A stretch of 64,000 nt of DNA from Ylistrum balloti (Eukaryota), in contig NW_026782259.1 in assembly GCF_031769215.1 (NCBI RefSeq), positions 1-64,000 on the forward strand. The letters are read 5' to 3'. The position numbers were made by a program, and so were the translations under genes. The notes below the pieces were generated by a model that ran no database searches, had not been told where the DNA came from, and saw only the letters and a program-made list of their open reading frames with translations. Positions 32,901 through 47,200 of the stretch are shown one piece after another (position 1 is the first letter of the stretch; the number at the start of each line of letters is the position of its first letter).

Positions 32901-33553
32901 GCGAGCACATCTTTTACCTGTGGAACGGGACATGGCGTCATGTTATATTACATTACATGTGGAAATCTAAAGTAAAAAAAACAGGTGAAGATTCTAACAA
33001 GATTGATGACAATAACGAATTTTTTTTTCGATGTTGGAAAACCTGAACATCACACCAACAATCGTTCTCTTTTAAAAAAAAAAAACGAAAGGAATTTTAT
33101 GTATTGCATTATGAACGAAGCGATATTTCTCCGCGACCATATTAATCTATTAAGCCCTTGGTAAAATACGTGGGATCACTCGGGGCCAAGATCAAGGGAT
33201 TTTACCCATTTTTCTGAAAATAATGGAATTCTCAGGATTACATAGGAAATCCCCACCACTAAGTTTTCAAAACCTTAATATCACCCCATCACATTGATAA
33301 CTGAAAATTACCCTAGAGTACTTTTGTGTACATGTATAAGACTCTGTTGCTGTAAATATATATTTTACTAAGTATTGCTGAATGTATGTTTTGACATTAG
33401 CGAGGCCTGATTAACAACACGTTATCTCTTTTACTTATTTGTCAATGGAACATGGAGTAATTATTGTACATTTCCAGCAGGAAAAAACAACTCACGTAGA
33501 CATTCATCATACTCCTGCTCGTCTCTGTGTCGTTTCTGTTTTCTCTCGGACAT
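29918..33553 (-). CDS. Uncharacterised ~479-aa protein with C-terminal CaaX box (CIIL)
   Basis: Exons 33553-33496, 32917-32808, 32186-32110, 31829-31595, 30877-29918 sum to 1440 nt with intron phases 1,0,2,0 all consistent. An alternative start ATG at 32933 gives 465 aa. Probable non-coding exon 1 has its donor at 33859. Confidence 0.8.
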
Positions 33554-33859
33554 AACCTTTATATGAAAAAAATACTACAAGAGAATGGGATTGTTATTTA
33601 TACAAAGGCTTATATATATATTTCCACATTTCTCATTTTGAAATTTTATGTAGTAGATCATTTCAGAAGCATATATATATCAAGATTTATTAATACCCGC
33701 GTATATCATTTAATCATTATTGATAAGTTTGTTTGTTTATTACAATATTGCAGGCAATACGGACGTAGCAGTCAATTAAAACCTTGCATCATGGGCGTAT
33801 TTGTGTAAAAAAAATACATTGTTGATAATTAAACATTTCGAAAACAAAACATGTCTTAC

Positions 33860-34020
33860 CTTATTTGGATGTTGGTGGGTATTAATCTTCTTTAGTTGAT
33901 AAATTATGCCCACAGTTTGGGCTTTTGCGCCAATTAAACTTTCGCGCGTACACTAGACGAGTTGTTATGTACATACACGTGACTAATCAAACGACGTCAT
34001 GCGCCTATGACGTAACCTTT
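33860..34020 (-). promoter_or_regulatory. Probable promoter / exon 1 of the CaaX-protein gene
   Basis: AAG|GTAAGA donor at 33859 (-); E-box CACGTGAC at 33976, CRE-like GACGTCA at 33993 and TGACGTAA at 34008. Confidence 0.5.
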
Positions 34021-34479
34021 TTGTTTTAACTGTTCTTGTAGATTTTGCTGTGTACTCTGCTTTCACATAATTTTTTTTAGTTAAACATATTTCATTGTAA
34101 ATTATTTACCAAAGGATCGGGCACAAGTTATTTCAACTTATAGTTGCCATTTCCTCAATACATTACAAAACAAAAACATCACAATATCAAGTCATCAATA
34201 ATTTACATAAATATTGGCTAAATATAATTCATGTCGATCTACATACACATTTATGTTGCATTTAAATATGTTGTGCATTACATACATTAATTTGTTATTA
34301 AGATCTTAATAGTCTACGGGAGCCTTGGTTTTAATGTTGTGTTGTGTAATACTGGATATTTTTGTGATTTTACAATAACTCGCCGAAACTATCAACATTT
34401 TTTTTTCAAAAGCATGACAGAAAAAAAATCTTATTTCCTGATTCAAACTTCTCCATTGCTGACGGAAATGCACGACATA

Positions 34480-35445
34480 TGAACAGAACGTTGAATTAGC
34501 ATTAGGTTACTCATAACCATGTCTTCTAGTTCCTGTGGTTATAATCGACAAGGTTATTGGTAAATCTTCACATGGACCAAGCACTGAGACGTTAATTCCA
34601 GAAAACAAGAGTGATTTAATTCTTCTGTCGGCCTATTCTTTCTAGACATGATGGAATATTTGAGACGAGGCTCAATGCAAGTTAAAGCAAGCGGTATCTT
34701 TAAATACACTTTACATGCTGCTTGTCGGTAAGCTTTTGTCGAGATTGAAGAAGTTTTATTAGTTTTCTGAACTTCTGTCTGTTTTCTGCAGTCTACCGTT
34801 ATTACAAAACGAGAAAAAAATCCAGATATCTTACTGTGTAGTAGGTAGACGTGGGATTGAAATTGTGTAGAATGCCATAGAAGTCTTTATAAAGGCTTTA
34901 TACCAAATAAATCGAGTGTGGCTGATTTATCTCTTTATCCGATATACGGACCAAAGTTAAGTTTGGCGACAAGTCTGGTAGATCATTGTTACAGGCATGG
35001 TATCAAACTGCGCCTATCTCTCTCAGCAGACTTGGTTTTATCATTAAATGCTGAATGTGTAGAAGAATACCTCGCCAAGGTAATCTGTTTCACTTTTAGG
35101 TATCGACGATGTTTTGTCTTCAAATAGCAAGAAATCTGTTGACATTTTACAAATCTACCAGGATTGGAAATCAAGGACAATGACACTTTTCCTGCAACAA
35201 AACCATCAGGGATAGCTTTCCGGTCTCCATTTTCTAACATACAATATCTATTTCTAGATGATAACACCATTATTTCCGAGTCGGACATTTACACATCGCC
35301 GTTGATCCAATATTTAAGGGTTTGTTTCAGTTCAAAATCATCGGATTTCCGTGAAAGATGCCGAAAGTTGACAGGTGGACTCACAATGCAAGTTTCAATA
35401 TGAATGCTTATTAATATGCCTGATTGTTTCATTGTCGACATTGTG
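34480..35445 (-). pseudogene. Possible decayed coding sequence of unknown origin
   Basis: On the minus strand a ~50-codon frame ends in TAA directly followed by the in-frame 99-aa ORF 35288-34989; further broken frames continue downstream. No family recognised. Confidence 0.25.
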
Positions 35446-36040
35446 ACTCTGATTTCATTTTAAAATGTCCGAAAGAGCACGTGCTTTGCCATTTTTATTT
35501 TTAGGTCGGGGTGATGTATATTATGACGACATGATAGGATGCATACAGATGTCAAATTACGCTATACTATTTACCAAATGATAAGACAAAAGTAGAATTA
35601 AAACACATGTTGGTGCCAAACAGTAATCAAACATATAGCTAAACAGATGAATGTTCATAAAACAACACTCCAAACACAACCAGTAACTCTTCTAATTTCA
35701 TGTCGTATGATTTTATTTTTAAATGTAATTTTCATTAAATCGATCGAAAGTTTGTCTTTATTTAAACGTCTCCTTAATCACTTGCATTTGTGAAGTGTAT
35801 ATAAAATACATACATGTATCAATGACACCGTACTGTACAGTGCAGTACAGTACTGAGTATTTGTACAGTAATCGAATATTTAACAAAAAAATGATGAAGA
35901 AATTGTCCATGCAAATTTAGTAACAATATCAATCAATGGATTTTTTCCATTTGAATTTATAACATCTGTAAATATAAGTTATTCCCCGTAATGTGTCGTT
36001 TTCAAATTTAGACTAAACCGGATATTACTAATCGTTTCCT

Positions 36041-36083
36041 CGCGCATGCGGAAAACACTCGGAGAAACTGTCATTGGCAACAG
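36041..36083 (+). promoter_or_regulatory. Roadblock promoter motifs: NRF1-like CGCGCATGCG and RFX half-site TGGCAAC
   Basis: Motifs at 36041-36050 and 36075-36081, 40-80 nt upstream of the ATG. Confidence 0.45.
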
Positions 36084-36117
36084 ACTGAAGATAGCAGTCG
36101 ACAACAGTCTTTTAAGA

Positions 36118-39100
36118 ATGGTAAAGTATTTATTTGATGATTTACTGCGATTGATTATACACTACTATTGATTCACTTTGAATACAATGGAAACATATAG
36201 GAATATCTTTTTTTCGAAATGCACCGAATATTTGCTCAAATAACAAAGTACGGACCGTTCGGTCATGTTTGGTCGTGTTGACATTTCATCTCTGTCAACA
36301 GAAGCCATGCTTTACATACCATGCTAACAGTAAATGCCTTGAAGTTACATTGGGTTTCCCTCGGTTTTTGTCTTTCTTGTATTTGTGTAAGCATTTTAAC
36401 TAAACGGATATAAAATGAATATACCAATACATTTACGGGGCAGACTGGATTTGACCATTTGCATTGTTGTCTGACGACAGTTTTATTCAGTTATTACCCT
36501 GTTACTTGATCAGATGCCGGCATCATAGTGGCAAGTCATCGCAAACTCTTCTTCTAGTCCAACCCCTACCTACACCGTAATCAAGTGATAACATTAAAGA
36601 TGTGACAAGCATATAGTTGTGTAAATATAACGTACATTGTATACATTTTGGTAACCAAATAATTCAGATTTTTCATCCTTGACTCATGCATTTCCTGTGG
36701 GACTCCTTTCAAATTTTAAGAACCCACTCCACAAAATTTCTGGACAAAAGAAGAAGAAAGAAATCTTCCAAAAACTACTGTGATATAATGTCTGAATCTT
36801 GGCAAATTTTCATGACCACATTCATAAAAGGTCCACTGTCTACTACCCTAAAATATCACTCCCAAATGAAGTTTTGTATGTTTTTCTGTTAAATTAGAAG
36901 ATAAAACTTCCATGTTTGACTGAGGAGATTTGAAACAGAATCTTGAAAAGCAATAGATATTAAGATACTCTAAATATTAGACTTTGTGGTCATCAACATT
37001 AAAAATTATGATGTGAACCTTTGAAGGCATATAATATAGGATTACTGGTAGGGTGTATATAAGTAGAAGTAGCTGTTGGCCAATTAGGAAGTGTATTGAA
37101 GATTTAAACTCTTACTGATTTTTGATGGAAAGTAACAATAAAATGGACTGTAATAAGATCAACATTTATCATGCAACTGGTGCTGCCATTGTCTGAATAC
37201 ACCTACCACATGTATTTTTGCTGGATTCAGCTGTAATAGGAGACAGCTGTATTCACATGCATTGATTTGACTGAATGACTTTTTGAGTAAATAATTGTAT
37301 ATGGTTTAAAGACCAAGATTATCTATAAAAAATTTTTAATTGCTGTTGTATCTGTTGAAGTTTTGAACTTCATGTATGTTTCTACACAAAGTAGTAATTT
37401 TGGCAAATATATGTTATTAGACAAAATTCACTATAACATCTATGATGGGTTAACAAAGATTGAACAACAACTGTTGATGTTACAATAGTCTGAAATTTCA
37501 ATCACAGTTTCAGCATTTATGAAATACATGGTCAGTATATTGAAATATAAGTTGCATTTTGGCTTGGAAGAGAAGTAAAAAACTTTGACCATGTATTCTC
37601 TATGTATGTGATATCATTCCAAAACCATGAAAATTTTTGTTTGTTTGAGCAGGCAACTGAAGTAGAAGATACCCTGAAGAGAATTCAGGCACACAAGGGA
37701 GTGATAGGCATCATTGTTGTCAATGCTGATGGTAAGGAGTCGTTTTCACAGAGTACCTTAAATACAACCATTTTTATATATTAATGATGTGATTATTTTC
37801 ATTACTTTTTTGGTATGATTAACAGTTTCTTTATCAAAAAAGATATTTTTAAACTAATTGTTGAATGGTACTTGTCCAGCCAAGCTAATTGAATATCTTG
37901 CAGGTTTATTTTTAACTGAACGTGAAATTGTTAAATGGAATCACTTCTTGAAAGTTTGTGTGACCATGCATAAATTTTCTGATCATTTTAATGCCTTCAT
38001 GTTGCTTTTGGTCCAGCTTTATTGTGACACTGCCAAATATATTGTATTCTGGTGTCACAAAGGATGATACTGGTATGGCACTTCTACAGTACAAACCATA
38101 AAGTAGTTCATGTAATTGCTACAGAAAACCTGTTATAACAAGAGATTAAGTTTCTCTTTTTGTCACAATGTGATGTGGCAACATTCAGATAGCAATATCA
38201 AATCAATTTTTGTGAATTACATTGTTTTTAGTCTTTATACAGGTCAATACAATTTCATACAAGCATCACAAAAAATTTTCATTGGCTTGAAATCTCTAAG
38301 AATGATATTTTTGGTTTGTCTGTCAATGTGCTGTATTTTTTTTCTACAGGAATTCCAATTAGAACTACACTTGATAACTCCACAACGGTGCAATATGCTA
38401 ATTTACTGACACAACTGACGCAGAAAGCACGTAGTGTTGTACGAGATATTGACCCTCAAAATGACCTCACATTTTTGCGTGTCCGCTCCAAAAAACATGA
38501 AATCATGGTTGCACCAGGTAAATATACACCTAACTATGTTGAAAATAATTATTGATTTGTGTGTCTACCTGAAGATTTACACTGACTACCTGTTACATAA
38601 TATACTGTGATATTATTGCATAAAGCGCATTCAGTAAGTCCATGCTGCAACATGTGGTTCTGCATATCATTATGATCATGAAAATCTATGCTTTATTGTT
38701 AAATTGCCCATAGGTAACATGTTGTAATATGTGTGGTTAAATAATATTCAGTTTTATAGAATAAAAATGAATTTTATATGAAATGTATAGAATACAAAGT
38801 CAGTGTTTGTCTTGCAAAAATATTTTAGTAAAATTTAAAGGTAGTTAGAAACTTATTTTTAACCAAGATTAATTTTCATACATAGAATTCATTGTAACAA
38901 AATTAAATTGTCTTTATAGAAATAATACTGTAGGATATTCCTAATATTCTTACTATTAATGTGAGCTGCCAACCTAATATAAAAACAACAACTTCAGATT
39001 CAGTTTTCTCTTCGCTGACACCATGATGAAGATGGTGCCAGTTTCTGCTAAACAAATGTTTTAATAATTGATTAAAAAAAAGAACCCTGGTATTATGGAG

Positions 39101-42100
39101 TTGAAACATAGTTTCATTATTTCAGTAAGGTAAAATCTATTTTTACTTCTAATTATTAGTTTGTATAAAATGCCTAAAACAGCACTCCCATAGAAATTTA
39201 TTTAAACAGTGAAAACTACTACCTGATACAAATTAGATTTAAAATTTGATATGTTCCAAGACATCCAGCATGCTATAAATAAATAAAAAATGATCTCATA
39301 CACCTTTAACGTATGTTTATAGCTGGAATGTACTGTTATACTATTTTGAAAATGTATCCCTCAATTCTGTTTAATGCCATTAAGTGGAATACATATATTG
39401 TAAAATTATGTTGAAGACATGAAAATAGAATTCATGTTAACACATAGTTTGCATTGCGTGTAAATATACATTTTGGACAAAGCATGTTCCCCAATCCTGC
39501 TTTTTGGTTTGACTTTATACCCAATGTACCATTAACCATTGCAGAATTATATCTGTAAACTTCGGTAAAGTCATACTACTTTATTCCCAATGTGTGGTAG
39601 ATGCATTGCTTACTTTCCATAATTGTTTAGTTTCAAGAAATATCTTCATTATCGTCCAATGAAAATATTAAATGTGTAAATAAAGCATCACCACCACTCT
39701 TTTACAACATCAAAATTGGCAACATTTTTTTTAGAAAAATAAAAGATGGTTTCCTTTGAGATAAAATGTAAGAATTGCTATTAGGTTCACTTAAAGCCTG
39801 TTGTGTCTCTTTTTATTGCACTTTAAGCTTGACAACTAAAATATAAAAATTTTAAAATTATGTATATTTTTGGAAATTGCAAACTATGTGACTGAGGTCA
39901 AGGTCGTGGACTGACATGAAATAATGCTAGATAAATACCAGGTATGTTTCAGATTAGGTTACTTGCTTTATTTTTGTCCTGTCTCTCCTTACCTTTTTAT
40001 TTACTAATAGACCAATCAACTTTTTCCGAATGCAGAATTTCTTTTTCATATACAAGGAATGCATACTTTCATTTTAAAAAGGTTGATTTTACCAGAACAC
40101 ATAAAAAGTCTTTCAGAAAGCATTAGCAATCTTGTGGCTTAGACAGGGTGGATCTTGCTTCCCAGTGATAAATTTTTCTATCCAGTCAGTCATGTATGAC
40201 ATCTTAGGTAACATTTGATGTTGTAATTTCATAATTCTCTTTCTGACAAGGGAGATAATTCAGTCCAGTGTTGAACAATATGAACCGAAAAATGGTACAT
40301 ATTGTATTAGTATAATTTTTATAAAATAATATACAAAAAAGAAAGAGTAATTGCCTGTATGTGTTCAAAATCAATTCACGGTGAGCTGAAATTCTGTATC
40401 AGAAGCCAAGTAAAGACAGGTAACAGGGTCTATTAGTCTCTATCTGGGTTAGTTGCATCCCATAGAAAAAGAAATTAAGTAGCAAACTATACTTTTTCAA
40501 GTTGATTAGAAATAAGTAAATTGATCAAACTGTATTATTACTTACGGAGAATTCAGTTGAACTACACTTTTCCCATGGAGATAAAGAAATATTTTCATGT
40601 GAAGTCATGACAAACTGATTTCTATGACGGCGTCCTTAATGGAGAATTTAAGAGATAAGATGGCGACCCTTGAAGTCCAGAGACTGATGAGCATGTTAAG
40701 ACTCAAGTCAGTGTTCCAGAGAAGAAGACATGATCTGCAGTGAAATTTCACTTCCTGTTTTCGAAGGTACATTTGCCTTTTCAACATTACAACATATGTA
40801 ATATTTGGAATTATCACATCAATAAGAAAATCACAGTGTGTACAATTACCAGTAAACATGTAATTGTAAACCAACTTTCTCTCACATGTTATTTTACCTT
40901 CATAAATTTTCAAAATAAATTCACAGTAGTTCACTCTTGCAGATTAAAACACTGGTGATAAACTTTGATAATTTTGTATCAAAATGATTATTTACCATGA
41001 ACAAATAATCTTGATTCTGTTTCTTTGATGAAACCATGAATGACACTCATCACAAAATAAAACAAACCAAAAAATGCTATTCACCTGTATACAGGTGTGT
41101 TTTCAGTAATTCTGTTTTGATTAAAGGTATATCTTGGTAATCTCTACAAACTTAATGTATTGTTGAAATCATAAGCTGGTTTGCAGTATTTTGTTTTATA
41201 AACAAGGATTGGCACACCAACATTTTTTACCCCTAAATTTTATCAAAAATACATAACATTGTTTTTCATTGCTGGATATATGTTACGCAAGGTTTGATTT
41301 ATGCATTACATCCACTGTCCCAAAACTGATCAAAGTATCAGCATTCAGTCAGTTGTTGTCCTAGGAGCTACCATAAACACATGTGAGAGTTGGTCAAAAC
41401 TTCACCAATTTACTTCCAGTCATGGACATTCAGTTCTGTTCCTTATTAAATATTTGAATATACAAAATGCTGTAACAATTATGTATACCAACGTATGACA
41501 AGATACACCCTTCACAGGTATACAACATTCATTCACATGGTGATATGTGATATCTCTTTCCTAAATGGCATACATGTATTGGAACACCACTGTATTGTCT
41601 ATACCATAGAAAACATTATACCATCATACAGCAATTGTATCAGTGAAGATATTGAGATAAAAGCTATCCATTAACTTTTGGATCAATTTTCCTTTTTTTC
41701 TGTTTCAAGTCATTAAAACAATTCTTAACTTAATCCTATGTAGGTCAGATAATCTTTTATTGTGAAATAACACCACTTACTCTTTTTTTGTGATTTGACA
41801 TTTTTGACAACAGAATGCTTTGGTGTTGAATTTTGATAATGTTTGAATGCTTTGCTTGTTTTTAATTCTGGATTGTGCTCTTGTTAATCATGAAATGAAA
41901 GTTTCATGAATTTATTTATGTTTTTTTTTACTTTGTGTCAACTTCTAGCTCACCAGGTCTAAGCAGCTAAGGGAGTGATATTTGGGTACCTGTCATCAGT
42001 TTAAATGTTATACTGCCATTTGGAATTTGGGAGTCAAAATTTGAAATTAGTCTTCAATCTAAAAAGCTGCTCTGTAAGTTCATTAAAGAGTGCCTGTCCT

Positions 42101-44263
42101 CAATTTAGGATAGATCATTCTTAGCTAACAGGGATTCTTTTCGGGATAAATCAGGGTTGCAGTTGTCTTTTCAAATAAACATCAACTTTTTCTCCATCCC
42201 TGATAAATGAATGCTAATGAAACTTGTAGGAAATCCCTCTTGGTGTGTTAACATTATTATTTTAGGGATTGATTTGTCCTTGGCCACTGAAAAGCTGGGA
42301 CATTTTCCATTTCTTCATTTCCAATTGACTGACAAAATAATAAACAAATATCTTCATGCCATATTGAGTCATAATTTCCAAACAATGCCCAACCAAAGAT
42401 TGCCACATGGTCTAAAAGTTTAGTTCCCAAACTTGATCTGACTAAAACTCTTGACAGTTCTATACAGGTGCTATATTTCGGGGTAAATTTGAAAGCCAAA
42501 GTAGAGGCTCTGAATTGATATAAGTCAATGTCATAGAAACAATTCTTTATCTATACTTTCTATCAGGTTTTCCTTTCACACTTTTGAGATGGCCATTATG
42601 GATTCAAGATAGCATTGATACTATTGAAAACTATTGAATTGTTTTAAAAAAATTAACTTGTTGAGTTTTGGCTTGTTTTCATTATACATTTGTAATTATG
42701 ATATGTGATATAAGCTTATCATTGTAAACCTGGTTTTATTTGTTTTCTATTACAATGTGTAAGTTATGATCACTATGTGAACTTAAAACCAATATACTTA
42801 CCCTATTCCAGTGAGTGAAATTCCTGTATTACTGGTACAGCATATATCACAAATATTTCAGTTATTCCACAGAGAATGATACATTGATGTTCAACTTGCT
42901 TTGTAGTGTTTTAGATGAAGATTTAGTCCAACTATCTGCCTACACACACTCGTAAGCTAGACTTTTTCCATGACGACACATTTTTATCACCTCACCTATT
43001 TGAAGAACAGAGGGGGCTTATGTTGGCAGCAGCCAACCTTGAAATGTTTTTTAAAAAAAATTCAAGTTTTTACAAGCATCATACTCGGTCATAAATAACC
43101 AGAGTCTGTCGATTATTAAAACATTTTTGGTTCAAGCATTAACAAAGTATCATCAATATGTCGAACTATATTTTCTATATTTCTGGAGTCCAAAAAGGGT
43201 AATCAATTGTCTGTGAATTTTAAAATCAAGACTTGTGTTAGACATTTTTTCAATAAGTTTTTTTACCTTGCAATTCTGGATCATAAATGTCAAATTGCAG
43301 TTGATCATTAAATAGTTGAAGCATTAAATATAAATTATTATTATTATGCTGAACCATATTTTTCATATAACTGTGGGCCCCAAAAAAGGATAAATTTGTA
43401 TTTCTATGAAATATGTCCTCAATGGATGAGCTATACTGAAATCTGGCATCAAAACAAAGGGGTTTTTTGACCATGGATTAAAGTTTGAACTTCTTTCTAT
43501 ATCCCATTATTATAATATTATTTTTGTCAAAATGAAATACAGATAAATACATCAGTTCAGAATGATAAAGCTTTGTTTCTTATCTTTTTTTTTACAGAAA
43601 AGGACTACTTATTTGTTGTCGTGCAAGGAGACCAGGGAGCTATAGCATTGTGAAAGGATCATGAAGTAAAACTACAAGATGTACACCTTTTTTTTTTTTT
43701 TTCCTGCAGAAGTCATCCCTTTGTTGTCACATACCTGTATTAGTCATTGAAGTATCAGATATTACCTGCAACTAGGAATATAACAATGACATAAGGCCAA
43801 AGACATGACAATGAAGATTACATCATTCTGTCGTGAAATAAAGATCTCACATCAATTGTTGCTTGTTTTATCAACATTTAGTTGACAATAAAATATAATG
43901 TTGCAAAGAACTGGTGTGCAAGCCTTTTAATTTCTACAGTAAAAGAACCGTTGGAAATCTCTTCAAGTCAAGTACATTTTGAATGACAGTGATATTGATT
44001 TTAAATGTTAGGAAACCATAGCAACTATTAACAATTGCTTAAACCTGTGTATATAATTTGTGGTGCAAAGTTTCGTCACCATCCTGTGCGAAGATAAACA
44101 TATTCTACATGTTCCAAGAATGTACATATATACATGTGACCATATGCAAGATTTTTCTTCAGACAATCCTAATGATTTATATTTTTTACTTTTATATAAA
44201 ATTTTCTTTCTTGTAGAAAAAGACTACCTATTGATAGCTATACAGAACCCTCAGGAGACGTGA
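36118..44263 (+). CDS. DYNLRB: Dynein light chain roadblock-type, isoform with distal last exon (98 aa)
   Basis: Exons 36118-36120 (ATG only), 37653-37731, 38350-38517, 44217-44263. Protein [69 protein letters not shown]. Cannot be assigned to paralog 1 or 2. Confidence 0.96.
41945..42600. mobile_element. Degenerate HINE/MITE-like remnant in roadblock intron 3
   Basis: Begins tagctcacc..., a 5' terminus style typical of bivalve non-autonomous elements; right end uncertain. Confidence 0.35.
43598..43653 (+). CDS. DYNLRB: Alternative proximal last exon of roadblock ((E)[17 protein letters not shown], 101-aa isoform)
   Basis: Strong acceptor (T-run then tacag), same phase 1, homologous KDY-hydrophobic-Q strand. 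AATAAA at 43837 and 43887 lie before the distal acceptor. Confidence 0.75.
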
Positions 44264-47200
44264 ATTTTTCTGCCTATCATGGACCCTTTAAGGAATTGGA
44301 TATCAGACTTTACTTTGTGGCACATGCGTAGCCAAAGCATTCAGATATTATATTACAGAGTCACCAATTGTGCTATCATTTTTGTTTCATAATAATTCTC
44401 CTTACATAAATGGGATACATGTGATGTTTTTGTAGGATTTATGAAATATGTATTTCAAGTCTAGTTACTGGTATTTTCATGCATTGTGATGCACTCTAAA
44501 TGCTTTCAATTTCAACATAACCAATACAGATTCTCACTTCTGAATTTTAGTTGGCCATTCTATTGGTATCAGTATTTTGACAGGTTACAGGAAAAAAGGG
44601 ACTAGTAAAATGTCTATTTCCTTCAGGTATTATAAAACCTCTGAAGTCATTTCTAGTATCTATTGCTGTTTATGTAATGTTTGCACTTTTGTAAGTTTGA
44701 AATTTAGTATACAGTTTAGAAAACAATTTTAAACATTCCCGTAATAAGTAAACACGATAATCAATATAACTGTGATATTTGTATTATGCATCCACAGGTG
44801 CTTAAATCAATGGACACCTTTCTGCCTAAAGATCAAACTTGACAGATTTTACCAATATCTCAATGTACATTATGCTATCAATATCATTCAGTTTGATTCA
44901 ATCACCTAAAGCTGTTTATCATAGGAGTTACTGCAAATATGACATACATCTGGAGCTAAATCTGCTTACAAAAGAATAATTTGTCTTTGAGATCTTTATG
45001 AAATTCAACAAAGTATTATGCAGTGTTGCCTGTTACTACAGTTATAACATGGTACGGTATTTGATTGTCAGTCTGTGGCACAGCATCTTCTGTGGCTTTT
45101 AAATTTTATATTATTTATTGACTTGTTTATCTCGGTATTTCCCTTGTACCTTTTACAACAGCATTGTAATTCTATATTTATTGTAAACATTGCCAATATT
45201 CACTGTAAAAAAAGCATAAAGTAAAAATAAATTGGAGTAATATTACTATTATAGTTTGTGTTTGATTTTGCAAGTTATTGATTACTTGATATATATATAT
45301 TGAAATGCAAGGATACATTTTTTGGCTGGCCTGTCAAAGAGATTGGGAGCTTATGTTGTCAGCCTGACATCAGTGTTGGTTTCTAAATGTTTAGTTTTTG
45401 GTATTCAAAGGCATCAGTAAACTTTATAAGTGTATTGAGGAACTCATATTTGGATTTAGTGTTGCTGTGTGGGTTACCTATCATTTCCTGGAGCCACAAT
45501 GGATATTTTTTTGGAATAAAGAGACGAACTTTTTGTGTCTAATCTAATGACAAGTTTTTGATGCCATTGTTGAAAGACCTTTACTGTTCAAATATCAGTA
45601 TATTGAGATATGGATTACTTCCTGGAGTCCAAATCAATAATTGTAGTAGTGAAATTCTTAATGACTTATACTGAATAGTTGTAAAATTCTTCATGATTGA
45701 ATAAATACTTAAATAAATAAATGTTAAAATGCTTCACGAGGGTATTTATTCTTATTAAATGTAATTGCTTCATGTCTGAAGTTATATTTAATAGCTGTAA
45801 ATTGCTTCATATGCCCTTTTCCCACTAAATCTTGACAAAGGTAAATGGATACATATTTACAAGCCAAGAGATTGTGATATCCACAATGCAATGTTGGCTA
45901 GTGTAAGCCTGAATTATCATTAATACTCATCAGAGATTATAGTTACTGTATTTTTGACCAATACGGTTGTAAATGCAAATGCTGTGTTTAATCGTCCAAA
46001 ATCACGTGTCATATATGCCTTCATAATGACCAAAGACTGATGACAAAAAATTACATTTACTGTATTTGAATATTACTCCTGAAGTACAAATCCTCAGTTA
46101 TTTGAAGACATGTTGATTACTCATGTAGGTCATTGCTTAAAGTCAACAATTAAAATACAACCTGGCACAGAATTTAATTCAAAGTTTTAATCAATTCTTT
46201 TTAAATAAATAAGAAAAACAAACAAATTTGTACCTATAAAACTACAACGCTACCTGAAAACACCATTCAGATGAGTCTCCAACAGATTATTTTATGAGAC
46301 CATACAGTTAATCATATTTTTGCATAGCATATTTAGCAGTTCAGCAGTAAGAGATCTTTTCAAAAATTATCTAGGAAAGACGTACCTGGAACTTGTAAAT
46401 TTTATTTGATATAAAAGGTTACTTTAGCAGTCATAATTAATAATTTCTATCTGACATTTCAAAGCCCCAAAAGACAGCAAGCTTTTTAGAAATGATTAAA
46501 GTATGGCAATTAGATATGAATTTTTCTTAAATTTACACTTGCCAATACTTATTTTACAATTATAAATATTGGATGATTAAGCCAACACATCGAGCCATAA
46601 TCATTGATGTGGAGGATAAATTGATCTATCAACCCTCAGAATACCTAAAGATATTCAGGAGTATAATGGGGTTGAATCAACAAATTACTTACAGTACAAT
46701 AGGTTTGGGGTTTGTTATTAAACTTAACAGGATCTGTCAATGTTCCAGATCAATCACCATATATGAAATATAAGTATAACCACAGTATCTATTGTGCTGG
46801 GCTTGGTGGTATGCCTAATCTAAAGGATGAAGAAAATGTCTTTGTAGAGAATCTCCTCTGGTCAGGCTAATGCATAAAATTTCTAGTATTAAAGGAACAA
46901 ATATTCTTAAAATTTAAAACTAAATAAAATCTGATAAACAAGAAAAATGGCAACGGTAAAAGTAACCATAAGAATGTAAAATATTAGAAATAACAAAACA
47001 CATCTAATTCAATAACAGCAACATCCTCTATATCTACATTTCAATATTCAACAGTAAATCTAAAGATAACAAATACTCTGTGATGTTTGTGTTGGGACGG
47101 ATTCTTTTAGGAGAAACTCCTTCGTTAGTTCAATATGCATTGCTCAAGGTTTGTGCTTGATTAAACCATCACAAATACAGTAATAATTTACTGTTTCATA

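Noticed and set aside
35830-35853. Hairpin GTACTGTAC-AGTGCA-GTACAGTAC as a Helitron 3' end
   Set aside because: No downstream CTRR terminus; low-complexity palindrome that may be chance.
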